53,433 nucleotides of DNA from an uncultured Candidatus Saccharibacteria bacterium (GTDB lineage: Bacteria; Patescibacteriota; Minisyncoccia; Minisyncoccales; Paceibacteraceae), in assembly GCA_964459265.1 (NCBI GenBank), contig CAYWKA010000003.1, positions 1 through 53,433 of the forward strand, given 5' to 3'. The notes under the pieces were generated by a model that ran no database searches, was not told the DNA's origin, and was given only the letters and a program-made list of their open reading frames with translations. The position numbers were made by a program, and so were the translations under genes. How positions within the stretch are numbered: the stretch's first letter is position 1; every line of letters begins with the position of its first letter. Shown one piece after another: positions 8,709 to 16,173 of the stretch.

Positions 8709-9518
8709 ATGCAGAACTTACTCAAGAAATACCAGCTTCGCCCCTCAAAAAAGCTGGGGCAGAATTTTTTAATTGACAAAGGAGCAATTAAAAAGGTTAT
8801 CAAGACAACTGATTTAAAAACTAAAGATGTTATCTTAGAAATTGGCCCGGGCTTGGGAGTTTTAACAAAAGAGTTGGTAAAAAAAGCAAGAAAAGTAATG
8901 GCGGTAGAAAAAGATTCTAAGATGGTGGAGATTTTGAAAGAGACTTTAAGAAATTTTAACAATGTAAAGATTGTGCAGGGAGACATCCTTAAGTTTCGAA
9001 TTCAAATCCCAAAGCAATATAAAGTAGTGGGGAATTTGCCATTTTACCTAACGGCGCCGGTAATTAGAAAGTTTTTAGAAGCTAAAAAACCGCCGAAAGA
9101 AATGATTTTGATTGTTCAAAAGGAGGTAGGGCAAAGAATTTGCGCTCGGCCGCCGGATATGAACCTTTTGGCGGTTTCGGTTCAATTTTATGCTAAACCG
9201 GAAATTATTTCTTATGTTTCCAAAAAGTCTTTTTGGCCTCAACCAAAAGTAGATGGTATGATTCTCCGAATCGCACCGCTGATCAACGCCAGGAGAAAAC
9301 TGATTAATACTGATTTATTCTTTAAAATCGTGAAGGCGGGGTTTTCTCAACCCCGAAAGCAACTAATTAACAATTTATCTAAAGGTTTGAAAACTAGCCG
9401 AGAAAAAGTTAAAAATTGGCTTTTGAAAAATCGTGTTCAACCTGAAAGAAGAGCCGAAACTTTAAGCGTGGGGGATTGGATGTTGTTAACTAAAAGCTTG
9501 CCTCGTTATGGCCGATAA
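8709..9518 (+). CDS. rsmA: 16S rRNA (adenine1518/1519-N6)-dimethyltransferase
   Basis: KKLGQNFLID and SAM-binding LEIGPGLGVLT motifs. 269 aa is the typical KsgA length. Confidence 0.93.
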   Translation: MQNLLKKYQLRPSKKLGQNFLIDKGAIKKVIKTTDLKTKDVILEIGPGLGVLTKELVKKARKVMAVEKDSKMVEILKETLRNFNNVKIVQGDILKFRIQIPKQYKVVGNLPFYLTAPVIRKFLEAKKPPKEMILIVQKEVGQRICARPPDMNLLAVSVQFYAKPEIISYVSKKSFWPQPKVDGMILRIAPLINARRKLINTDLFFKIVKAGFSQPRKQLINNLSKGLKTSREKVKNWLLKNRVQPERRAETLSVGDWMLLTKSLPRYGR

Positions 9519-9563
9519 CGATTGATATAAATTTCCTAATAATATACAATGGAGTAATCTATG

Positions 9564-9572
9564 TGGTAAAAT
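9564..9572 (+). promoter_or_regulatory. Extended -10 box TGGTAAAAT overlapping the first ATG of the VirB6-like gene
   Basis: TGGTAAAAT at 9564-9572 overlaps the ATG at 9571. A second in-frame ATG at 9580 lies 7 nt downstream of the box, where a leaderless start would fall. Confidence 0.4.
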
Positions 9573-12288
9573 GAAATTGATGGAAGGTAAAATTAAAAAA
9601 TTTTTTTCTAAGAAATCCGGCGGATTAGCAGCTTTTAATGCTGGCCCCGTAGCCAAGCGAAGTTTACGGCTCGGGGCTGTTTTATTTTGCGTTCTTTTAG
9701 GACTACTTTTGCCGTTTCATTTTATTCAAGCTCAAGGTGGAATTTTAGGAGCTATCATGAGTATCGGTGCTAACATCGTCACCATTTTTCTCCAGGTTAT
9801 CTTAGTTATTTCCAATATATTTATGGGGATAGCCGGTCTGATTCTAAACTGGGTTTTAAGTCCTTATTTTATGAGCTTACCCTATACTCATGGTGGAATT
9901 GTGGATGTCGGCTGGCCGATCGTTAGGGACTTTGCCAACTTATTTTTTGTTGTCGCTTTGGTTTTTATTGGTTTAGCTACCGCTCTCAGAATCAGCGAAT
10001 ATCAAGCTAAAAAAGCTCTCCCTCGATTAATTATTATTGCTCTTTTGATTAACTTTACTCCGGTTATCTGCGGACTAATTATGGATGCCACAAATATTTT
10101 GATGAACTTTTTCTTAGAAGAAGTATCTGGCTTGAAAACAATGGGAATTTTCATTATTCAGCAAGGAACAATACTTCATGATGTTTTTACGCATTTCCTT
10201 GATATTCGCTACGCTGCCGCCGCTTTAGGAAAAACCATAGTTATGATTGCTTTTGATTGGATAGGCGGCCTTATTTTTCTTATGTTTGCCCTTCTTTTTG
10301 TTTTGCGATACATAATGGTCTGGGTTTTGGTAATCGTTTCACCGATTGCCTTCCTTTCTAAAATTTTCCCAGGTGCCCAACAATATGTCTTCAGAAGCAT
10401 TTTAGGTTGGGACGAGTGGTGGCGACAGTTTATTGAATGGTCACTGCTTGGGATTACCGGAGGCTTCTTTCTTTATTTGGCTGAGCAACTAATAGTTTTA
10501 GCACCCGGTATGTTTCCTGCCGCTCCTCCTGATTTAGCTTGGGGCTGGCTTACTATCCCGGTTGTTGAGTTTATTAACAATCTTTTGCCTTACGGCGTAG
10601 TTTTAGCTTTCCTGCTGATCGGTTTTTTCACTGCCACTTCTACTTCAGCCATGGGAGCCAGTTTTGTTGTCAATTGGGCCAAGACTCAAGGTCCGGCTTT
10701 AGGCAAAGCAGCCCTCAAAGGCGGCTTGACTCCACTTAGAAAAGAAGTGCTGCCGCGATTAGAAAAAGGATTAAAAACAAAAGAAGCAGCTGGTTGGGTA
10801 TCTGGCAAATTAAGAAAGGTGCCTCTTGTCAGGCATGTGGGGCCAGTATCTGCTTTAAGAAGATACGGTGAGTGGCGAGAGGACATTGAAAAAGATATGG
10901 GTGCAATTACTGGTTCTTCATACACCATTGGGCAAGAAATAGGGGCAGGCTATTACCCTGGGAAGAAGGCAACAGCTGCATTATTGCAAATAACTAAGAG
11001 GGGGGATTCCCAAGATTATTTCAAGGGTATGAAAAAACGATATGGAATAGCTGAAGATGCCGATGATGAGATTCTTCTTGAAAATCCGAAATTCTTGAAA
11101 GAAACTGAGGATTTATTAAGAACAGCCTATCGAGCGGGATTAGGAAATGATATTACCAGAAGGGACCCAAGATTGGCAGCAGCCTTAGCTGGGAAAAAAG
11201 GAGTTGGGTTTAATTATGAAAAGGATAATTATGGCAAGGATATGACTGCAGCAACCGCCATAGCTAAAGCAACCAGAGAAGCCAGGGGCCAGCATATTAC
11301 TAACTGGGAAAAAGATGTGGTTGCCAATAAAGACGTTGTTAAAACTTTAATGAAGGACGGCGGATTAAGCGCTTTTAGACACATAGATGATAAAGTTAAA
11401 GAAGGCCGGCTGACTACTTTAGGAACAATGAAGAAAATTTGGGAAGACCATGTAGCAGATTATGCTAAATCAAAGAACAAAGCTAAATGGGATGATTTGA
11501 CTGAAGGTGAAAAGAAAGAAGCCGAAGAGAAGTTCATAAAAGAATATCCACGCTACTGGGACCCCAAAACTGGAGCAGCTTATAACCCAAGATTCCGCTC
11601 CGAAGGTTGGGTACGGAATCCTCGGGACTTATATAAAACTTTCCCGGAGCCATTAGTAGAAAAGGGCCTTGGTGTAGTACCGCCCGATTTCCGTGGGGAG
11701 GAAATACCCGAAGAGGAATTGGAAGCAATGAGACAAGCTGGCTGGGTGCCACCAAAAGTAGAATCAGCAGAAGAAAGAATGAGGGAAGAAGCAGAAAGAG
11801 AAGAAATAATCAAGAGCTGGCCCAAAGCAGAAAAAGGAATGCCTTCAAAGCTCCAAGGCTCAATAGAAGAAGGAGAAAAGTTAATTTCGGAAATTAAAGA
11901 ACAAGAAGCTACAATTAATAGTTTAGAGACAGCCATCAACGAATGGGGAGAGAACTTAGCTTCTTTAAGAGAAAGTTTAAGCAAAACTAACGAACAGATT
12001 AATTCTGGTCGATTATCTGGAGATGCCCTAACCAGGGCCAGAGAAAACCTGGCTATACTATACAAGAAGAGAAATGAGGCGGAAAGACAACGGGAAGAAA
12101 TAGAAGCTAAAGAAGCTGAAATTGAACCAGCCAGAGAAGCTGTTGAAAGCATAAAAATTCATTTATCTGAACTTTATAGAGAAGCTATTGAGCCCTTCTT
12201 AGAAGTAGAGGAAGAAAGAGAAAAGGCAGAAAAAAGAATAAAAGCAATGAAAGAAAAGGAGAAAAAAGTCAAAAAGAGTAAATTGTAA
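9571..12288 (+). CDS. TrbL/VirB6-like polytopic membrane protein with a ~500-aa charged coiled-coil C-terminal tail
   Basis: About 8-10 hydrophobic helices in the first ~400 aa (e.g. FVVALVFIGLATAL, LIIIALLINFTPVICGLIM, IMVWVLVIVSPIAFL). A Glu/Lys-rich tail with heptad-like stretches follows. It heads the T4SS-like gene string. The true start may be ATG 9580. Confidence 0.6.
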   Translation: MKLMEGKIKKFFSKKSGGLAAFNAGPVAKRSLRLGAVLFCVLLGLLLPFHFIQAQGGILGAIMSIGANIVTIFLQVILVISNIFMGIAGLILNWVLSPYFMSLPYTHGGIVDVGWPIVRDFANLFFVVALVFIGLATALRISEYQAKKALPRLIIIALLINFTPVICGLIMDATNILMNFFLEEVSGLKTMGIFIIQQGTILHDVFTHFLDIRYAAAALGKTIVMIAFDWIGGLIFLMFALLFVLRYIMVWVLVIVSPIAFLSKIFPGAQQYVFRSILGWDEWWRQFIEWSLLGITGGFFLYLAEQLIVLAPGMFPAAPPDLAWGWLTIPVVEFINNLLPYGVVLAFLLIGFFTATSTSAMGASFVVNWAKTQGPALGKAALKGGLTPLRKEVLPRLEKGLKTKEAAGWVSGKLRKVPLVRHVGPVSALRRYGEWREDIEKDMGAITGSSYTIGQEIGAGYYPGKKATAALLQITKRGDSQDYFKGMKKRYGIAEDADDEILLENPKFLKETEDLLRTAYRAGLGNDITRRDPRLAAALAGKKGVGFNYEKDNYGKDMTAATAIAKATREARGQHITNWEKDVVANKDVVKTLMKDGGLSAFRHIDDKVKEGRLTTLGTMKKIWEDHVADYAKSKNKAKWDDLTEGEKKEAEEKFIKEYPRYWDPKTGAAYNPRFRSEGWVRNPRDLYKTFPEPLVEKGLGVVPPDFRGEEIPEEELEAMRQAGWVPPKVESAEERMREEAEREEIIKSWPKAEKGMPSKLQGSIEEGEKLISEIKEQEATINSLETAINEWGENLASLRESLSKTNEQINSGRLSGDALTRARENLAILYKKRNEAERQREEIEAKEAEIEPAREAVESIKIHLSELYREAIEPFLEVEEEREKAEKRIKAMKEKEKKVKKSKL

Positions 12289-12303
12289 AATAAGTTAGAA
12301 GCT

Positions 12304-12759
12304 GTGCTAAAAGGCTACAACAGAGATCAATTATGGAAATTATATAATACTCTTCCTTCGGAACTAAAAGAGGCGCTTTTCGCAATAGAAACGGCTGACT
12401 ATATTTATGATGTTTGTGAAAAAAACGAAGTTAAAGACAAACAAATTACCGAAGTGGCCCGTTCTACGGGTAAGGTCTTGCTGGGGGTTTTACCACCAGA
12501 CGAATTCCAGGAAGATTTAGAAAAAAAGGTGGGGCTTGAAAAAGAAACAGCTAAAAAAGTAGCTCAAGAAATTAATCGTTTTATCTTTTATCCCTTGAAA
12601 GCAGTTCTGGAAAAACTTTACAAAACAGAAATTACTCCGCCCTCTAGGCCGATTACTGGAGTCGAAGAGACAACTGAAGAAGCTACCACCCCATCCAAAA
12701 AAAAAGAAGAACCTAAATCCCCGCCTAAAAAAGATGTTTATCGGGAACCTGTTGAATAA
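12304..12759 (+). CDS. Hypothetical protein (GTG start) in the T4SS-like string
   Basis: 151-aa ORF, tightly packed between neighbours, with a Pro/Lys/Glu-rich tail. I recognise no family. Confidence 0.55.
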   Translation: MLKGYNRDQLWKLYNTLPSELKEALFAIETADYIYDVCEKNEVKDKQITEVARSTGKVLLGVLPPDEFQEDLEKKVGLEKETAKKVAQEINRFIFYPLKAVLEKLYKTEITPPSRPITGVEETTEEATTPSKKKEEPKSPPKKDVYREPVE

Positions 12760-12761
12760 TT

Positions 12762-13172
12762 ATGAGATTTACTGTCCCACAATTTATTGAGCACGAGGCA
12801 AAAATAATTGGCCCTCTCACTTTCAAGCAATTTATGTTTATCGGGATAGCTGGCGCTATCTGTTTTATTCTTTACTTTACCGTCCCTTTTTCTATTTTTT
12901 TAATTGGCTGCGTGGTCTTGGGAGGAGGAGGAATCTCCCTTGCCTTTTTTAAAATTGGCGGTAGAAGTTTGCCGGTTCTTTTCGGAAATTTCTTAAAATT
13001 TTTTATCGGCCCGAAAATGTATATTTGGAAAAAAGGAGAAGCCCCAATAAAATTTTTTAAAAAAGAGGTGGTGAAGAAGGAAGAAGAAAAAGAAGATGAA
13101 CTGCCATTAAAAATTGCGGAAAAAAGTCGGTTAAAAAAACTAAGTACTCAAATTGAAACAAAAACTAAGTAA
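12762..13172 (+). CDS. PrgI-family (VirB3-like) small membrane protein
   Basis: N-terminus MRFTVPQFIEHEAKIIGPLTFKQFMFIGIAGAICFILYF plus a second helix. This is the characteristic PrgI-family start, and the gene lies directly upstream of VirB4, as in Gram-positive T4SS. Confidence 0.65.
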   Translation: MRFTVPQFIEHEAKIIGPLTFKQFMFIGIAGAICFILYFTVPFSIFLIGCVVLGGGGISLAFFKIGGRSLPVLFGNFLKFFIGPKMYIWKKGEAPIKFFKKEVVKKEEEKEDELPLKIAEKSRLKKLSTQIETKTK

Positions 13173-13175
13173 AAT

Positions 13176-13817
13176 ATGGCTCAGGCCTCTACTCAACAAT
13201 TTTTAGAAATTGACCAGATAAGAGAAGGAGTAATTGTTCTGAAAAATAAAGCCCTCAGAGGAGTACTAATGGTTTCTTCTCTTAATTTTGCTTTAAAGTC
13301 GGAAGATGAGCAAAAGGCTATTATTTATCAGTTCCAGAATTTTTTGAATTCTTTAGATTTTTCTTTAGAAATTGCGGTCCAGTCCCGAAAATTAAATATC
13401 ACGGGTTACCTTGATAAATTAAAAGAGCTGGAAACCCAACAAGAAAATGAACTTCTTAAGGTGCAAACTACTGAATACCAAAAATTTGTTAAAGAGCTGA
13501 TTGCCGGCGGGGCGATTATGTCTAAAAACTTTTTTGTAGTTGTCCCTTTCACTTTAGTAGAAATCCCAGGTATGAAACAGGCTAAAGGTTTTTTTGGGGG
13601 AAGGCCTGGTACTACTTTTAATGAGGACCGGTTTCATCGGGCCAAATCTCAGCTCTGGCAAAGAATGGAGTTTGTGGCTCTGGGATTAAGAAGGTGTGGT
13701 CTCCAATGTGTTCCTTTAAATACTTCTGAATTAATTGAGCTTTTCTGGAGCTTGTATCATCCTGAAGAAGCTGAAGTCGGTTATTATCCAGAAATCCCTT
13801 CAGAATTAATTCATTAA
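13176..13817 (+). CDS. VirB4/PrgJ N-terminal-domain-like protein (first piece of a split VirB4)
   Basis: QQFLEIDQIREGVIVLKNKALRGVLMVSSLNFALKSEDEQKAIIYQFQNFLNSL resembles the N-terminal segment of Gram-positive VirB4-type ATPases. The ORF ends 1 nt before the ATPase ORF. Confidence 0.55.
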   Translation: MAQASTQQFLEIDQIREGVIVLKNKALRGVLMVSSLNFALKSEDEQKAIIYQFQNFLNSLDFSLEIAVQSRKLNITGYLDKLKELETQQENELLKVQTTEYQKFVKELIAGGAIMSKNFFVVVPFTLVEIPGMKQAKGFFGGRPGTTFNEDRFHRAKSQLWQRMEFVALGLRRCGLQCVPLNTSELIELFWSLYHPEEAEVGYYPEIPSELIH

Positions 13818-13818
13818 A

Positions 13819-15609
13819 ATGAAAATAAAATTACCTTTTTTAAAAAAAGAAAGAGAAATACCGGAAAAAATTTTTGCCATCCCGGCCATTGAAGCAAAAG
13901 ACATTATTGCTCCCTCTTCTATTTCTTTAGCGGCTGACCACTTAAAATTAGGCAAGAGATTGGCTAGATCTTTCTTTATTTTTTCTTACCCTAGATACCT
14001 AAGCACGGCTTGGTTTTCTCCGGTTATTAACTTAGACACTCCTATGGATATTGGTCTACACGTCCATCCAGTAGAAACCGGAACGGTTTTAAAACAATTA
14101 AGGAAGAAAGTAACTGAAGTTCAAGCTGAAATCATAGAAAGGGAGGAAAAAGGTTTCATCCGTGATCCCGCCCTGGAAATCGCTTACCAAGACTTAGAAG
14201 CCTTAAGAGACAGATTGCAGACTGCCCAAGAAAGGATGTTCAAGTTTGGTCTTTATTTAACTGTCTACGCTAATAAAACCCGGGAATTAGAAGAAATTGA
14301 AAACACTTTAAGGTCAATTTTAGAATCAAGATTAATTTATATAAAACCTGCTCTTTATCAACAGAAGGAAGGATTCAATTGTACTTGTCCTTATGGCTTG
14401 GACCAGCTTCAAGTCCACACCTCAATGAATACCGACCCTTTGTCTTCTATTTTTCCTTTCGTTTCTTTTGATTTAAGTTCTAATGAGGGAATTTTATACG
14501 GTATAAATCAACACAACAATTCTTTAATTTTATTTGACAGATTCTCTTTGGAGAATGCCAATAGCGTTGTTTTCGCCAAAGCCGGTAGCGGTAAATCTTA
14601 TGCGGTAAAATTAGAAATTTTACGTTCTTTAATGCTGGGGGTAGACACTATTGTCATTGATCCTGAAAACGAATATAAATTTTTGGCCGACGCCGTTGGC
14701 GGCTCTTTCTTTAATATTTCTCTGGCCAGTCCCAACCATATCAATCCTTTTGATTTACCAACTCCTAGACCAGACGAAAAACCGGCTGATGTTTTAAGAA
14801 CAAACGTCATTAATCTGGTAGGGCTACTGAGAATTATGTTGGGCGGCCTTACCCCGGAAGAAGATGCCATTATCGATAGAGCTTTAACCGAAACTTACGG
14901 AGCCCGAGACATTACTCCCGAAACTGACCCTCAAACATGGGAAGAGAAAATTCCTTTAATGTCTGATTTTGAAGCGGTTTTAGAAGGGCTGGAAGGAGCA
15001 GAATCTTTAGTCAGAAGGGTAAGAAAGTTTACCAAAGGAACTTTCGCAGAATTTTTCAACCAACCCACCAATATCTCCATGGACAAACCTTTTGTATCTT
15101 TCGGCATCAGAGACATGGAAGACGAACTACGGCCTATAGCTATGTTTATTGTTATGAGATACATCTGGAACAAAGTTAGGTCGGAATTAAAAAAAAGAAT
15201 TTTAGTGGTGGATGAGGCCTGGTGGATAATGCAGACCTCAGACGGCGCTTCTTTTCTATACGGAATAGCTAAACGGGCCAGGAAATACTGGTTGGGGGTA
15301 ACTACCATCACTCAAGATGTGATTGATTTTATGAAGTCAGATTACGGCAAACCAATTATTACCAATTCCTCTCTACAGCTTTTGATGAAACAGAGTCCGG
15401 CTACCATGGATGTGGTCCAAAAAACTTTTAATTTGACTGAAGAAGAAAAGTATCTTTTATTAGAAGCTGAAGTCGGTGAAGGAATGTTCTTCGCTGGCCA
15501 GAAACATGTGGCTATAAAGGTGGTGGCTTCTTACACTGAAGACCAAATTATCACTACCGCCCCGGAAGAAGTTTTAAGAATTAAAAAAGCTAAAGGATTA
15601 CCAGTTTAA
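13819..15609 (+). CDS. VirB4-family T4SS ATPase (C-terminal two-thirds)
   Basis: Walker A FAKAGSGKSYAVK and Walker B RILVVDEAWWIM. The preceding APSSISLAADHLKLGKRLARSFFIFSYPRYL block is typical of VirB4/TraE/PrgJ. Confidence 0.8.
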   Translation: MKIKLPFLKKEREIPEKIFAIPAIEAKDIIAPSSISLAADHLKLGKRLARSFFIFSYPRYLSTAWFSPVINLDTPMDIGLHVHPVETGTVLKQLRKKVTEVQAEIIEREEKGFIRDPALEIAYQDLEALRDRLQTAQERMFKFGLYLTVYANKTRELEEIENTLRSILESRLIYIKPALYQQKEGFNCTCPYGLDQLQVHTSMNTDPLSSIFPFVSFDLSSNEGILYGINQHNNSLILFDRFSLENANSVVFAKAGSGKSYAVKLEILRSLMLGVDTIVIDPENEYKFLADAVGGSFFNISLASPNHINPFDLPTPRPDEKPADVLRTNVINLVGLLRIMLGGLTPEEDAIIDRALTETYGARDITPETDPQTWEEKIPLMSDFEAVLEGLEGAESLVRRVRKFTKGTFAEFFNQPTNISMDKPFVSFGIRDMEDELRPIAMFIVMRYIWNKVRSELKKRILVVDEAWWIMQTSDGASFLYGIAKRARKYWLGVTTITQDVIDFMKSDYGKPIITNSSLQLLMKQSPATMDVVQKTFNLTEEEKYLLLEAEVGEGMFFAGQKHVAIKVVASYTEDQIITTAPEEVLRIKKAKGLPV

Positions 15610-15618
15610 TAAAAATCT

Positions 15619-16158
15619 ATGGCTTTACCAGTAATTGCGGCTGGCGCTGCTAAGGGATTAGCAGCAGCTGGCAGGGGAGTAAAAGCAGCTAAAGGAGTTC
15701 AGAAGGCAGGGGAAATAGGAAAAAGAGTGGGCAGGGCAGTTCAAAAAAGACCTCTCCCGGGAGCACCGACACCAGGAACTGAAGAAAAGGCGCCAGATGA
15801 AGCAACTAATAAATTTTCTGCCCTGACTCGTCCTGGAGTGATTATGCTGATTATCGCGATTTTTATTGATATTTTTGGCGTAATTTGTCTTCTCTTGGAT
15901 ATTTTTTTTGGAGTTGGGGAAATTCCTTCCTGGATTTCTGACGGCGCCGGTATTGTTTTTATTGGCGGATGGATATGGTTTAGGTCAGGCAGAGTGGAAG
16001 TACCGGAAAGAGCAAAACAAAGAACAGAAAAAGGATTAAAGAAGCTTTTCCGGGGAAAATATAAAAAATTTTTGACCCCTATTTTGGGAGAAGTCGCTCC
16101 TTTTGTTGGCGCTTTTCCTTTCTGGAGTTTAGCTGCTTATTACGAGCTAACAAGTTAA
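15619..16158 (+). CDS. Hypothetical membrane protein of the T4SS-like string
   Basis: Ala/Gly/Lys-rich N-terminus followed by 3-4 hydrophobic helices. No family recognised. Confidence 0.55.
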   Translation: MALPVIAAGAAKGLAAAGRGVKAAKGVQKAGEIGKRVGRAVQKRPLPGAPTPGTEEKAPDEATNKFSALTRPGVIMLIIAIFIDIFGVICLLLDIFFGVGEIPSWISDGAGIVFIGGWIWFRSGRVEVPERAKQRTEKGLKKLFRGKYKKFLTPILGEVAPFVGAFPFWSLAAYYELTS

Positions 16159-16173
16159 ATGAGAAATTAAGAA

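Noticed and set aside
11580-12152. 190-aa minus-strand ORF (and the neighbouring 11534-11755 and 10686-10928 ORFs) inside the VirB6-like gene
   Set aside because: The Ser/Leu-rich low-complexity sequence is what the reverse complement of a Glu/Lys-rich coiled-coil coding region produces. There are no start signals. Treated as a shadow ORF.
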